From positions 41,893-105,892 of the forward strand of contig CBDFMS010000018.1 in NCBI GenBank assembly GCA_965249735.1: a DNA stretch of 64,000 bases. Reading direction: 5' to 3'. A program made the translations under genes and the position numbers. Below, piece by piece: positions 44,984-55,431 of this stretch. Numbering within the stretch: the stretch's first letter is position 1; each line of letters opens with the position of its first letter. This DNA comes from Saprospiraceae bacterium (GTDB lineage: Bacteria; Bacteroidota; Bacteroidia; Chitinophagales; Saprospiraceae). The notes beneath the pieces were generated by a model that saw nothing but the letters and a program-made list of their open reading frames with translations, ran no database searches and was not told where the DNA came from.

Positions 44984-46296
44984 TTATAGTGTCCAATAAT
45001 GCAAATTCTCAATGACTCCGTTGAAAATTCCCTTAATATCAATCACAGCTCCACCGGAGACTGACATCGATAAAAAGTTCTCTTCTGTTAACGATAAGTA
45101 TTCACGATGTTGCACGGCAACGACAACAGCAATTATATAGTCCAGTAGCCTGTTCCACCAATTCCAAGCCAGTTTTCTTTTTTAACTCCACAGATGAGGC
45201 ATTGGGGTCCATTATGTCTATATCAATGTTGTAGTCCTTCAATTCATTTATCAAATCTACCACCTTAGAATTTCTTATGTCACTCACGTTTTCTTTAAAG
45301 GTGATGCCCATGACCAAAATTCGAGCTGCACTTAAACTTGGTATCTTGAGATCCAAGAATCTGAACGACCTTTTTAGCCACATTTTTACTCAGATTGTCA
45401 TTCACATTTCTTCCACTTAGAATGACTTGTGGATAATAACCAACTTCTTGCGCCTTATAGGTTAAATAGTATGGATCCACACTGATGCAATGTCCGCCTA
45501 CCAAGCCCGGGTAAAATTTCATGAAATTCCATTTACTAGCTGCAGCATCGATAACGCTTCTGGTGTCAATGTCGAGTCGATCAAAAATTAGCGACAACTC
45601 ATTCATCAAGGCAATATTCAAATCGCGTTGAACATTCTCAATAATTTTTGCGGCCTCCGCTACCTTGATGGAGTTGGCTCGATAAACGCCTGCGGAGATA
45701 ATCATTTCATACAATTCCGCCACCATTTCGAGAACTTCTGGTGACTGTCCTGAAACAATTTTCACAGTATTCGTTAGCGTATGCACTTTGTCACCGGGAT
45801 TGATTCGCTCAGGTGAATATCCTACATAGAAATCTATCCCAGCCTTCAATCCACTACGACTCTCAAGAATAGGCATAGAAATTTCCTCTGTACATCCGGG
45901 ATAAACCGTTGATTCATAGACAACTAAATCACCTTTCTTCAAAAACTGACCCAATGTTTCAGAAGCACGTTTCAATGGATTGAGGTCGGGTGTATTGTGC
46001 TTTGTGATCGGAGTTGGCACTCCAACTAAGTACACCGTACTGTCGGCTATGTCTTCGGGCACCGACGTGAATTCAATATTGTCTGAACGTAAATCATCCG
46101 AAGCCATCTCTCCATTTGGATCTGTAGCCTGTTTCAGGCTTTCAATTTTATCAGAAGAAATATCAAAACCTTGCACACGTAAATGCCTTGCAAATTCAAT
46201 AACTAACGGAAGCCCTACGTAGCCAAGACCCACTACACAAAGCGATTTATCCTTTGATTTTAAGGCCTTTATATTATCACTTAACTGCACATTCAT
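44984..46296 (-). pseudogene. UDP-sugar (TviB/WecC-like) dehydrogenase carrying at least two frameshifts
   Basis: Frame A (46296..45295) has [11 protein letters not shown] and [12 protein letters not shown]. Frame B (45383..45102) continues [23 protein letters not shown] third frame continues DYIIAVVVAVQHREY...DIKGIF... to the stop at 44984-44986. Confidence 0.7.
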
Positions 46297-46451
46297 AGCT
46301 CATCAATTTAATCGGCAAATATAAGTATTCAAATGTTGATTATTTTCACGTATTGTTCAGCTAAATTGTCACCTGTAATGATCGATAATCATAACAAACC
46401 GACGATCTATAAGACTGATCTACATGGTAATCATAAGTAAAGCAATCTTGT

Positions 46452-47957
46452 ATGGGAGTAGTAATTAGGCAAAGCTTAAAGTACTCAGCGGTTAGTTACG
46501 TGTTCATGATCGCTTCCATTTTGGCGACACTTTTGATCTACCATTGGGATCTGGAGCTCTATGGTACGTTAATCTTTTTCATCGATACAGGCGGTTTATT
46601 TCTTCCACTCATCCTTTTTGGCAGCACTGGAGTTGCCCTCAAATTTTTTCCTGAAATAAAAAGTAAAGCAGGCAACGGTCGCATAATTCTCAATGCTGGG
46701 ATATTCGCAATCGGCATTACTTCATTAATATTGATTCTTGTAAGTGTATTCTTCAAAAAAACGTTGGACGAATATGTTCGAAATTCATTTGACAATATCG
46801 AGATCATCAATAACATCTGGCTGATCATCCCAATAATTGTTCTTTTGGCGATACAAAACTATTTATCTACGTACACAGCAAATTTTCGAAGGACGGCCTT
46901 TCCGAAGCTTTTGCATAATGTCATTCGAATCACGCTGCCACTTGTATTCTTGGGAATCTATTTTGAATACATCAGCGTTCGTATTGGACTCTATGTCATG
47001 TGCGGCAACTACGCGCTTTCAGCGCTCATTTTGCTTTTCTATCTCAACGGACTCGAAAAGTTGAAATTCAGAATAACCAAAGATGTGGTTCAATTTGTTA
47101 GAAGAAAAGATGTGATTGCCTTTGCTACTTTTGGAATATTAGCATCTCTCGGATCAAACCTATCGTTTAAGCTCGATACGTTTGTGACCACGCTGATGTT
47201 AGACTCGTATCAGACAGGCTTATATGGTCTCAGCGCACGAATTGGAGCTATAATAAGCGTTCCTAGCGCAGCAATCTTAGCGATTGCAGCTCCCATCATA
47301 GCAGACGCTACAAAAAACAAACAGTTGGGCAGAATAAACGACTTATATAAACGAAGTTCTGAAGTGCTGACTTTAATTGGCGCACTGCTGCTCGGCGGTC
47401 TGTGCGTCATCGGCCATGATTTGATTTTACTTATGAACGACGGCGCCAATTTACTTTCTATGGGTGCACTACCAGTATTGTTCTTTATCGCGCTTGCTAA
47501 GTTTGTTGACATGATCACATCAATCAACTCAGCAATTATTCAATATTCAAGTTATTATAAATACAATTTATATTTTCTTCTTTCTTTGGCCGTTACCAAT
47601 GTTGTATTAAACATTGTGCTAATCCCTATACTTGGTGTTACCGGGGTGGCGGTGGCCACATTCACTTCATTGTCGCTTTTTAATCTTGTAAAAATTGTTT
47701 TCATAAAGCTTAAATTTGGCATACAACCTTTTTCTGCGACTACTTTGCAAATTATTTTTATCGGCGTGTTCTGCGTCTTGTGCACATTTGGTATTAATGA
47801 ATTTTTCGAAATTAATGGCATAGTTGGTATACTATTAAAATCCGTTATCGTCTGCTCATTGTTCCTGGGTATCACCTACTTTTTAAAAGTGTCTGAAGAC
47901 TATACTAAATTTCTGGATAAAGTGCTTGCAAGAGCTTTGAAACTCATTTCCCGATAA
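46452..47957 (+). CDS. Polysaccharide flippase (Wzx/MOP-family)
   Basis: 501 aa with more than 10 hydrophobic segments, set in a polysaccharide locus. Confidence 0.7.
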   Translation: MGVVIRQSLKYSAVSYVFMIASILATLLIYHWDLELYGTLIFFIDTGGLFLPLILFGSTGVALKFFPEIKSKAGNGRIILNAGIFAIGITSLILILVSVFFKKTLDEYVRNSFDNIEIINNIWLIIPIIVLLAIQNYLSTYTANFRRTAFPKLLHNVIRITLPLVFLGIYFEYISVRIGLYVMCGNYALSALILLFYLNGLEKLKFRITKDVVQFVRRKDVIAFATFGILASLGSNLSFKLDTFVTTLMLDSYQTGLYGLSARIGAIISVPSAAILAIAAPIIADATKNKQLGRINDLYKRSSEVLTLIGALLLGGLCVIGHDLILLMNDGANLLSMGALPVLFFIALAKFVDMITSINSAIIQYSSYYKYNLYFLLSLAVTNVVLNIVLIPILGVTGVAVATFTSLSLFNLVKIVFIKLKFGIQPFSATTLQIIFIGVFCVLCTFGINEFFEINGIVGILLKSVIVCSLFLGITYFLKVSEDYTKFLDKVLARALKLISR

Positions 47958-47965
47958 CTGCCCGA

Positions 47966-48835
47966 CTATGGTTTCAAACCCAATTTTTCTTTAAGTTTTG
48001 TGTATCTATATTGACGAATAAAACGCCCTAGCTCTCTTGATACAATCTTTTCAGTTTGAGTAAAATAGCTTTTTAAATAAAAAGAAAATGTCACTATGCC
48101 GCCCAATAAAAAAGGTGAATGGACCATTGAGCGTTTTATACACGCGAGAAAGGAGAGGAAAAACCCATATCTCATCTCATTCAATAAAACACCATTCTTC
48201 TCGGATGAACGCCACCAACCCACTCCTGTATTTGTCTCTCGATGGTGCTCTACCATTAACTTAGGATCGCAAAGCACACGCCAGCCTAGCAATCTGAGGT
48301 TAAATTCATCAACCGAATCCCAGCCCATGCGTTCAATTAATCCGTTCATCTCCTTAAACGCTTTAGCGCGATACGTTTTCAAGGCTCCTCTTACGTGATC
48401 TAAGTTGGTCAAGCCTTCATCCTGCCATTCTCCTTGCTCATTTTTGACATTGCAAATTCCACCAACTAAGCCAAATGCTTCATTCGATAAAAAATGTCGT
48501 TGTATATCGGCGATGTAGTTTGAGTCAAAATGAAGATCCGCATCAAATTTTGAGATCAGATCGAAAGTAGAAGGATCAACCGCGCTTAGTCCCCGATTAA
48601 ATGCCTTGATAATCTTTGATCCAACGGCCCGCTTTCTGTGCATGTTGGTATTCACATAAATGATGGCATTGTGATTTTCCGCATACCGCATAGCAATAGC
48701 AGTGGTGTCGTCAGCAGAATTATCATCGACGACCACAATGCATTGAATGGGAACAGTTTGATTCAACAAAGAATCTAAGACTCTTCCAATGTTCAACTCT
48801 TCATTGAAAGCAGGTATAACAACAAGATGCCGCAC
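47966..48835 (-). CDS. Glycosyltransferase family 2
   Basis: VVIPAFNEELNIGRVLDSLLNQT ... VVVDDNSADDT. Confidence 0.8.
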   Translation of the reverse strand: MRHLVVIPAFNEELNIGRVLDSLLNQTVPIQCIVVVDDNSADDTTAIAMRYAENHNAIIYVNTNMHRKRAVGSKIIKAFNRGLSAVDPSTFDLISKFDADLHFDSNYIADIQRHFLSNEAFGLVGGICNVKNEQGEWQDEGLTNLDHVRGALKTYRAKAFKEMNGLIERMGWDSVDEFNLRLLGWRVLCDPKLMVEHHRETNTGVGWWRSSEKNGVLLNEMRYGFFLSFLACIKRSMVHSPFLLGGIVTFSFYLKSYFTQTEKIVSRELGRFIRQYRYTKLKEKLGLKP

Positions 48836-48950
48836 ATTTCCAAATTTAATTAAACAAGGTATATAAATTCTTTAATCTGGATTTCAATACATTGCTCTGA
48901 TAACATCCTGTAGCAGACAAGATTTTCATCAAAATAACAGGAATTAATTA

Positions 48951-49732
48951 CTAGCCTGCATTCTTCGCAACAGTTTTTATGGCCATTCTACCTGCGTGAT
49001 CCATACGATTCAATAAAATAGGTGCTCGAGCGTCGCTGAAGTATTCATCGACTGCCTTTCTGCATCCTTTCCAATGTCCAATAATCATCGAGAATTAAAA
49101 CTCCGTCGTCTGATAGTTCGGGAAATAGATGTACAAGTTCATGAAGAGTCGACTCGTACCAGTCCGTATCCAATCTGAGCAGGCTAATTTTTTTCCGATG
49201 GTAAAGTACCAGGAATCGTATCCTCCACTTTACCCTTAACAAAAACAAGATTGTTCTTTGGGTAAGCAATTTGGCTTAAGTTATTTTTTACATCTGTAAG
49301 GTCCGCTAAGCACCAATTTGAATGGCCATCTTCATTAAAACCCATCTCATTCATTCTTAGTAAGGCTTGATCTCCTTTAGATGTAACATCGTCACTTGTC
49401 GCTTCTGACATGCCCTCAAAAGTGTCGTATAAAAATATCCGCCGATCCGTCATGTTTCTGTTGACTAGCATTTGGGCCATTAACATGACAGATCCTCCAC
49501 GCCAAACTCCGCATTCAACAAACGCGCCTTCAATCTTATTCGCCAAAGTGTATTCAACAGCAGTATATAAGCTATACATTCTTTCAACAGATGTCATAGA
49601 ATAGGGTTTGCATAACTTGTAAAGCGTCCAAAACTCCTCCTCCTCGATATCCAGATATGAATATTTCTTATCTCTTTTTTTGGTTAAATCATACCCCAAT
49701 TTCCCTATTAACTTTAGTATTGTTTTCTTCAT
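48951..49732 (-). pseudogene. TylF/macrocin-O-methyltransferase-like gene carrying two frameshifts
   Basis: ORF 49732..49184 ends ...TLPSEKN*. The next frame continues KISLLRLDTDWYEST...ILDDY. A third frame continues GHWKGCRKAVDEYF... to the stop at 48951-48953. The first shift is in an A7 run (T7 on + strand, 49188-49194). Confidence 0.7.
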
Positions 49733-50354
49733 TGCAGTTGTTATTGTAGTGTCAATGTTAAGGATTATTTCAGAAATGCAGTGAAATAATTGAGAAGAAA
49801 AAAACCAATTGAAGCAATCAGATCAGCCAACTGTAACCAAAACGCAATCTGACATCAATCATATCATCTTAGCTACGATTTACCGAGTAGAAAGTTCCAA
49901 CTCACATACTCAAACGCATGATGCGCAGTAAATAGTGAATACAAGACTATTCTTTGCATCCCATCTCTCCATCCATCAGCCAAATTCCAAAACTTCGCTT
50001 TGAAATGTTTTATAGTTTTTCACCCTGATGCACTTTGTTAGCGAAGACAAGGAGGTGCTTCAATTACAAAACGAAAACTGAATAACACTTCTCCCTAATT
50101 GATGTATGACAATTGGCAGATTCAAGCTGCCAACTTTGCATCAATTTTTTCGCATACAGCCTTTAATAAGGTCGCTCAAAAAGGGCGCTGGTTTTTGTTT
50201 ACATATTGGTACACATAACTGAAATTTCTCAAACATCTGATTTTCCGATTAAACGTATCAACCAATTTTTGTTTAATACCTTTATGTCACCACTAGAACA
50301 TACAATTCACGTAGCTAGTAAATTGAACAGAAGCCTGATAAAAAGTAAATTGCA

Positions 50355-50900
50355 ATGAAGAAAATATCATCAAAGAGTGCATACGGGAATCAACATCAAT
50401 CAAGGTTTCTCAAGACCATCAAATTCATGGAAGATCTGAATTTAAAAGAATCAAAACTTTTGAATCTTGGCCCTTCTAATCCAATGTCTGAAATGCTGCG
50501 CGAGGAGAACTATGACGTCACTGATACTGCCGAAAATCAGGATTTGGATTTAGACTTCGAAATTGTGAAGGACAAATCCTTTGACGTTGTTGTAGGATTT
50601 GAAATTTTAGAGCATATGGTATCCCCATTCCCCTTGCTTAAATCGATAGCTGGAACTAAATTGGTACTGAGTGTACCATTATCCTATTGGTTTGCCAAAG
50701 CTTATTGGAATGAAAATGATCCACTTGATTGCCATTATCATGAATTTGAACCACGACAGTTCTGCATGTTGCTTGAAAAAGCTGGTTGGAGTATATTAAA
50801 GGAAGAAAAACATACGAGCCCCCGCTTCAATATTGGAATCAGACCGCTGTTAAGAATGTTCACGTACCGTCATTATTTTGTTTATTGTGAACGACTATAA
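50355..50900 (+). CDS. Class I SAM-dependent methyltransferase-like protein
   Basis: 181 aa. LNLGPSN... and DVVVGFEILEHMVSP resemble Methyltransf_11/23 motifs. Confidence 0.55.
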   Translation: MKKISSKSAYGNQHQSRFLKTIKFMEDLNLKESKLLNLGPSNPMSEMLREENYDVTDTAENQDLDLDFEIVKDKSFDVVVGFEILEHMVSPFPLLKSIAGTKLVLSVPLSYWFAKAYWNENDPLDCHYHEFEPRQFCMLLEKAGWSILKEEKHTSPRFNIGIRPLLRMFTYRHYFVYCERL

Positions 50901-51035
50901 TCCAGGAAACGAGCTCTTGATCGGATTCTAGCATTTTCCAAAAATTGGATTTCTACTTTCAATGTTAAAAAGGCACAAATTCACAATCTAGCTCCACTCG
51001 TAATCAATGGGAAATCAATACCTTCATTTGGTTAT

Positions 51036-51085
51036 TGCAAAATCCGGTCAAACTGACCACCCCATTCCGTTCTAAAGTGACCATC
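51036..51085 (+). repeat. IS21-family left inverted repeat
   Basis: TGCAAAATCCGGTCAAACTGACCACCCCATTCCGTTCTAAAGTGACCATC aligns with the reverse complement of 53518-53567. Confidence 0.7.
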
Positions 51086-51178
51086 TTCTCCGGAGCAAAC
51101 TGACCACCCGCACCGGAGCAAATTGACCAGTCTAAAAAGAAGTCTATTTCAGTATCATTTTCTTTATGAAAAAAGAAG

Positions 51179-52723
51179 ATGGCAAACAAGAGAATAGGCA
51201 TGAAACAGATAAGACAGATATATCGACTTTACGCTCAAGGAGTGAGTAAAGTACAAATTAGCCAGAGGTTACTTATTTCGCGTAACACGGTTAAAAAATA
51301 CATCGAACTATTCAAAAACAAGAGGCTCACGTATAAAGACCTAGAGCAACTTAGTGACAGTGATTTGGGTAATTATCTTTCCAGCAAAGATCCAGAAGTG
51401 CCAGAGAAATTGGCTCAACTTCGCGTTTTGTTTCCCTACTTTGAAAAGGAGTTAAAAAAGGTAGGCGTAACCAAAAATCTGTTATGGAGGGAGTACAAGG
51501 AAAAATATCCAGATGGCTATCAGAGCTCACAGTTTTGCAAGTACTACAATGACTGGAAGCGATCATCAGCAGTTGTAATGCATTTTGAGCACAAGGCTGG
51601 AGACAAATTATTTATTGATTTTACAGGAAAGAAGCTAGCTATAACGGACAGAGAAACAGGAGAAGTCCGGGAATGTGAGGTGTTTGTGGCCGTCCTTGGA
51701 AGTAGTCAATACACCTATGTAGAGGTATGCAGGAGTCAAAAGAAAGAAGATTTTATACGGTGTATTGAAAATGCTCTTCATTACATGGGCGGTGTGCCAC
51801 AGGCCTTAGTGACAGACAATTTAAAGTCAGCGGTTACAAAAAGTAGTAAATATGAACCGACATTGAATGAGACATTTTTGGATTTTGCTGAACATTACCA
51901 AACCAGTGTCCTACCTACAAGAGCATATAAACCAAGGGATAAAGCATTGGTAGAAAATTGCGTCAGGATTACCTATTCAAGAATATTTGCTCCTTTACGC
52001 CACCATGTGCTCTTTAGCCTTGATCAGGCTAATATTGCTGTGCTAGAAAAACTCGATGTACACAATAGGACCAACTTCCAGGGAAGGAAGTATTCGCGTT
52101 TTGATTTGTTCAAAGAAGTGGAACAAAAAGAGCTTTTCACCTTGCCTGATCGCAAATATGAAATGAAGTATTATGCCTATGGAACCGTTTACAAGAACAG
52201 CCATATCTACTTAAATAAAGACAAGCACTATTACAGTGTTCCCTTTGAATATATTGGTAAACGAGTCAAGATCATTTACAGTGATTCCGAAGTAACCATA
52301 TTCTATAAACATGAACCAATAGCGGCTCACACACGTAATTATCAAGCTTTTAGATATTCCACCATAAAGGACCACATGCCGAGTACTCATCAATTCGTTG
52401 CTGATTGGAACCCGGATAAATTTATTAATTGGGCTAAAGGAATAGGCCCGGAGTGTAGAACATATATTATCAAAATATTAGAAAAACAACAGCACCCTGA
52501 GCAGAACTATAAGTCTTGCCTGGGAATTCTGTCTTTTGCGAAAAAAGTCGGAAAACAACGACTAAACAATGCTTGTAAGAGGGGCCTGGAATATGAAGTG
52601 TTTAACTATAAAATCATTCAAAGCATATTAGAAAAGGGCCTGGACAAGCTTGATGAAGACCCCCATCAGGATAGAACCATTCCACTGCATGATAATATAA
52701 GAGGAAAAAATTACTATCATTAA
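51179..52723 (+). CDS. istA: IS21-family transposase IstA
   Basis: 514 aa: N-terminal HTH (GVSKVQISQRLLISRNTVKKY), central DDE integrase-core-like region, followed by istB. Confidence 0.85.
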   Translation: MANKRIGMKQIRQIYRLYAQGVSKVQISQRLLISRNTVKKYIELFKNKRLTYKDLEQLSDSDLGNYLSSKDPEVPEKLAQLRVLFPYFEKELKKVGVTKNLLWREYKEKYPDGYQSSQFCKYYNDWKRSSAVVMHFEHKAGDKLFIDFTGKKLAITDRETGEVRECEVFVAVLGSSQYTYVEVCRSQKKEDFIRCIENALHYMGGVPQALVTDNLKSAVTKSSKYEPTLNETFLDFAEHYQTSVLPTRAYKPRDKALVENCVRITYSRIFAPLRHHVLFSLDQANIAVLEKLDVHNRTNFQGRKYSRFDLFKEVEQKELFTLPDRKYEMKYYAYGTVYKNSHIYLNKDKHYYSVPFEYIGKRVKIIYSDSEVTIFYKHEPIAAHTRNYQAFRYSTIKDHMPSTHQFVADWNPDKFINWAKGIGPECRTYIIKILEKQQHPEQNYKSCLGILSFAKKVGKQRLNNACKRGLEYEVFNYKIIQSILEKGLDKLDEDPHQDRTIPLHDNIRGKNYYH

Positions 52724-52733
52724 AATACAAACC

Positions 52734-53477
52734 ATGAATACTACAAATGAGGAAAGAATGGGTCAATTGCGTTTATTTGGAATGCTTAGAGCTTTCGAAT
52801 CAACCAAAGAATCATCCAGCATCAGATATACTCCTGATGAATTATTAGCTTATCTACTTCAAGCCGAGTGGGATGACAAACATAATCGAAAGATCAACCG
52901 TCTGATTAAAATAGCCCGATTCAGGTATATGGCTTCTACTGAAGAAATCATCTTTTCCACAGAGAGAAACCTGGATAAAAATCAGATTACTCGTTTTATT
53001 ACATGTGATTTTATTAAAAGTAAAGAGAGTATCTTATTGACGGGAAGCACCGGTGTCGGTAAATCTTATATCGCTTCTTCCCTGGGACATCAAGCCTGTA
53101 ATTTGGGGTATAAAGTCTTATACTTCAATATAAATAAGCTATTCGCTAAACTCAAAATGCTCAAGGCTGATGGATCTTTTCTTAAAGAAATGACTCGAAT
53201 AGAAAGACAGGATTTGCTAATATTGGATGACTTTGGATTAAAGCCATTGGATCAAATTAATCGCCACGCCTTGATGGAAATAATTGAAGACAGACACGGA
53301 AAACGATCCACAATAATTGCTTCACAACTCCCCGTAAAACAGTGGCATGAAATAATAGGAGAAAACACTATTGCAGATGCAATTTTAGATAGAATCGTTC
53401 ACACTTCTCATCGAATAGATCTCAAAGGAGATTCGATGAGGAAAAAGAAGACAAAATTATTAGTTAAAAACACTTAA
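52734..53477 (+). CDS. istB: IS21-family ATP-binding helper IstB
   Basis: 247 aa. Walker A GSTGVGKSYIA, Walker B LLILDDFG. Confidence 0.9.
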   Translation: MNTTNEERMGQLRLFGMLRAFESTKESSSIRYTPDELLAYLLQAEWDDKHNRKINRLIKIARFRYMASTEEIIFSTERNLDKNQITRFITCDFIKSKESILLTGSTGVGKSYIASSLGHQACNLGYKVLYFNINKLFAKLKMLKADGSFLKEMTRIERQDLLILDDFGLKPLDQINRHALMEIIEDRHGKRSTIIASQLPVKQWHEIIGENTIADAILDRIVHTSHRIDLKGDSMRKKKTKLLVKNT

Positions 53478-53517
53478 ATTGACAGAAAGATCAGACAACT
53501 TTTTTGACTTGACTTTG

Positions 53518-53567
53518 GGTGGTCACTTTCCACCGGAATACCCTGGTCAGTTTCGTCGGAATATGCA
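53518..53567 (-). repeat. IS21-family right inverted repeat
   Basis: Reverse complement TGCATATTCCGACGAAACTGACCAGGGTATTCCGGTGGAAAGTGACCACC. Confidence 0.7.
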
Positions 53568-53642
53568 GGTTATTCCATCCATCGCAAAACGATAGCAGAT
53601 TGTATTATCACATAAAGGCGTCGCATTGGAAAGCTACACGAC

Positions 53643-53912
53643 TCACGTAGACGTCCGATGTTTCCAGATATCCTCGCCCTTGCAATGCGTATCTGATTTA
53701 CGCAATTTCGCCATCCGGCGAAAAACACTCGATCCATTTTTGCTAGCGTTTATGTAAATAAAATTATATTTGATTGTGACTTGGTTTTTGGTAAATGCAT
53801 GCTCAATTTCGAAAAATCCAACCATATCACTTTCTAAATGTCTTGGATGCTTGAAAATCGAAATACGGGAAATACTTTCTAAGTATGCGAACTTGTTTTG
53901 AATGGGCATCAT
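53643..53912 (-). pseudogene. Short ORF abutting the IS; possible truncated N-terminal fragment of a polysaccharide-modifying gene
   Basis: 89 aa ending 75 nt from the IS right end. The segment NFIYINASKNGSSVFRRM loosely resembles the PAPS-binding start of some sulfotransferases, a weak match. Confidence 0.25.
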
Positions 53913-53964
53913 GGCATTTGAAAGGAATTTAAGCCAGAACCACCGTTAAAATTATACAGATAAA

Positions 53965-55419
53965 ATGCTTTTTAATTCCATTGACTTTGCGATATTTTTG
54001 CCGATTGTGTTTATTCTTTATTGGTTTGTAACCAATAAGAATTTAAAACTGCAGAATTTGTTAATCGTAGGATCGAGTTATTTATTCTACGGCTGGTGGG
54101 ACTGGAGGTTCTTATCCTTAATTCTATTTAGCACACTTGTAGATTTCTCAGTCGGTCGAAAGCTGAAATCCGAAGAAAATCAAAGAACAAGAAAGATTTT
54201 GCTTTGGGTAAGCATTTTGGTAAATCTGGGATTTTTAGGCTTTTTCAAATACTACAATTTCTTTCTCGACAATTTTGTTTCTGCCTTTTCATTCTTCGGA
54301 ACAGACGTTAATGCCAATTCACTCAACATAATTTTACCGGTTGGTATTAGTTTTTACACCTTTCAGACCTTGAGTTATACAATTGACGTATACAAGAGAA
54401 AACTGGAACCAACCGACGACCTCATCGCTTTTTCAGCTTTTGTTAGTTTCTTCCCACAATTGGTTGCCGGCCCAATTGAACGCGCGACGCACTTATTACC
54501 GCAGTTTTATAAAAGACGGGCGTTTGACTATGAACAGACCGTCGACGGATTACGTCAAATTCTTTGGGGGTTGCTGAAAAAAATTGTTATCGCAGATAAT
54601 TGTGCATACTTTGCTAATCAAATTTTTAATAATTCTGCTGACATGAATGGCAGCACTTTGGTGTTAGGTGCATTGTTCTTTACATTTCAAATCTACGGTG
54701 ACTTCTCCGGCTATTCTGATATAGCAATTGGAACATCGCGTGTATTCGGTTTTAACTTGAAACAAAATTTCGCCTTTCCCTATTTCTCCAGAGACATCGC
54801 CGAATTTTGGAGGCGATGGCACATTTCATTGTCGACCTGGTTTCGGGATTATTTATATATCCCACTCGGTGGCAGTCGTGGTGGAACGTGGATGAAAACC
54901 AGAAATACCTTCATTATTTTCATTGTGAGTGGATTTTGGCACGGAGCCAATTGGACGTTTGTAGTTTGGGGTGCACTAAATGCCATTTATTTCTTGCCTC
55001 TCTTGCTCACCAAAAGCAATCGACATAATTTAGATATTGTGGCTCAAGGCAAATTCTTGCCCAGTATGAAAGAAGTCCTGACGATAGGTATAACATTTGG
55101 ATTAACAGTTTTTGCATGGATATTTTTTAGGGCGGAAAATATTGGGCACGCTATGGCCTACATATCCGAAATACTTTCAAAGTCTCTTTTTGAATATCCG
55201 AAATTTGACAATATGCGTAGAGGGCTAACAACAATTGTTTTCATCGGATGCTTTATAGTCATTGAATGGAAAGGGAGGGAGGGGCAATATGCAATAGAGT
55301 GCATAGCGAAGGTCAAATCTAAGGCGACACGCTGGGTTTTTTATTATTCCATCTTGCTTGTTATATACTTTTTTGGAAACTTTAAAGATACAGTAGAATT
55401 CATCTATTTTCAATTTTAG
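53965..55419 (+). CDS. MBOAT-family membrane O-acyltransferase (AlgI/DltB-like)
   Basis: 484 aa, multi-TM, with the conserved block FWRRWHISLSTWFRDYLYIPLGGSR. Confidence 0.85.
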   Translation: MLFNSIDFAIFLPIVFILYWFVTNKNLKLQNLLIVGSSYLFYGWWDWRFLSLILFSTLVDFSVGRKLKSEENQRTRKILLWVSILVNLGFLGFFKYYNFFLDNFVSAFSFFGTDVNANSLNIILPVGISFYTFQTLSYTIDVYKRKLEPTDDLIAFSAFVSFFPQLVAGPIERATHLLPQFYKRRAFDYEQTVDGLRQILWGLLKKIVIADNCAYFANQIFNNSADMNGSTLVLGALFFTFQIYGDFSGYSDIAIGTSRVFGFNLKQNFAFPYFSRDIAEFWRRWHISLSTWFRDYLYIPLGGSRGGTWMKTRNTFIIFIVSGFWHGANWTFVVWGALNAIYFLPLLLTKSNRHNLDIVAQGKFLPSMKEVLTIGITFGLTVFAWIFFRAENIGHAMAYISEILSKSLFEYPKFDNMRRGLTTIVFIGCFIVIEWKGREGQYAIECIAKVKSKATRWVFYYSILLVIYFFGNFKDTVEFIYFQF

Positions 55420-55431
55420 GAGAAAAGACAT

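Larger units (their letters stand above)
51036..53567 (+). mobile_element. IS21-family insertion sequence (2532 bp) with 6-bp target duplication GGTTAT
   Basis: Ends are TGCA...TGCA. The terminal 50 nt match in inverted orientation at 37/50 and carry repeated CTGACCA/GTGACCA words. GGTTAT occurs at 51030-51035 and 53568-53573. istA and istB lie inside. Confidence 0.85.

Noticed and set aside
49740-50354. About 600 bp without ORFs between the TylF-like pseudogene and the methyltransferase gene; looked for a gene remnant or an invertible promoter
   Set aside because: Only short stop-ridden frame fragments and one 7-bp hairpin (50113-50133) are visible. I saw no long inverted repeats or nearby recombinase. 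I cannot support a call without a BLASTX search.
51004-51201. 65-aa - strand ORF spanning the left IS end
   Set aside because: It crosses the IS21 terminal inverted repeat and the flanking DNA, so it is an artefact of the junction.
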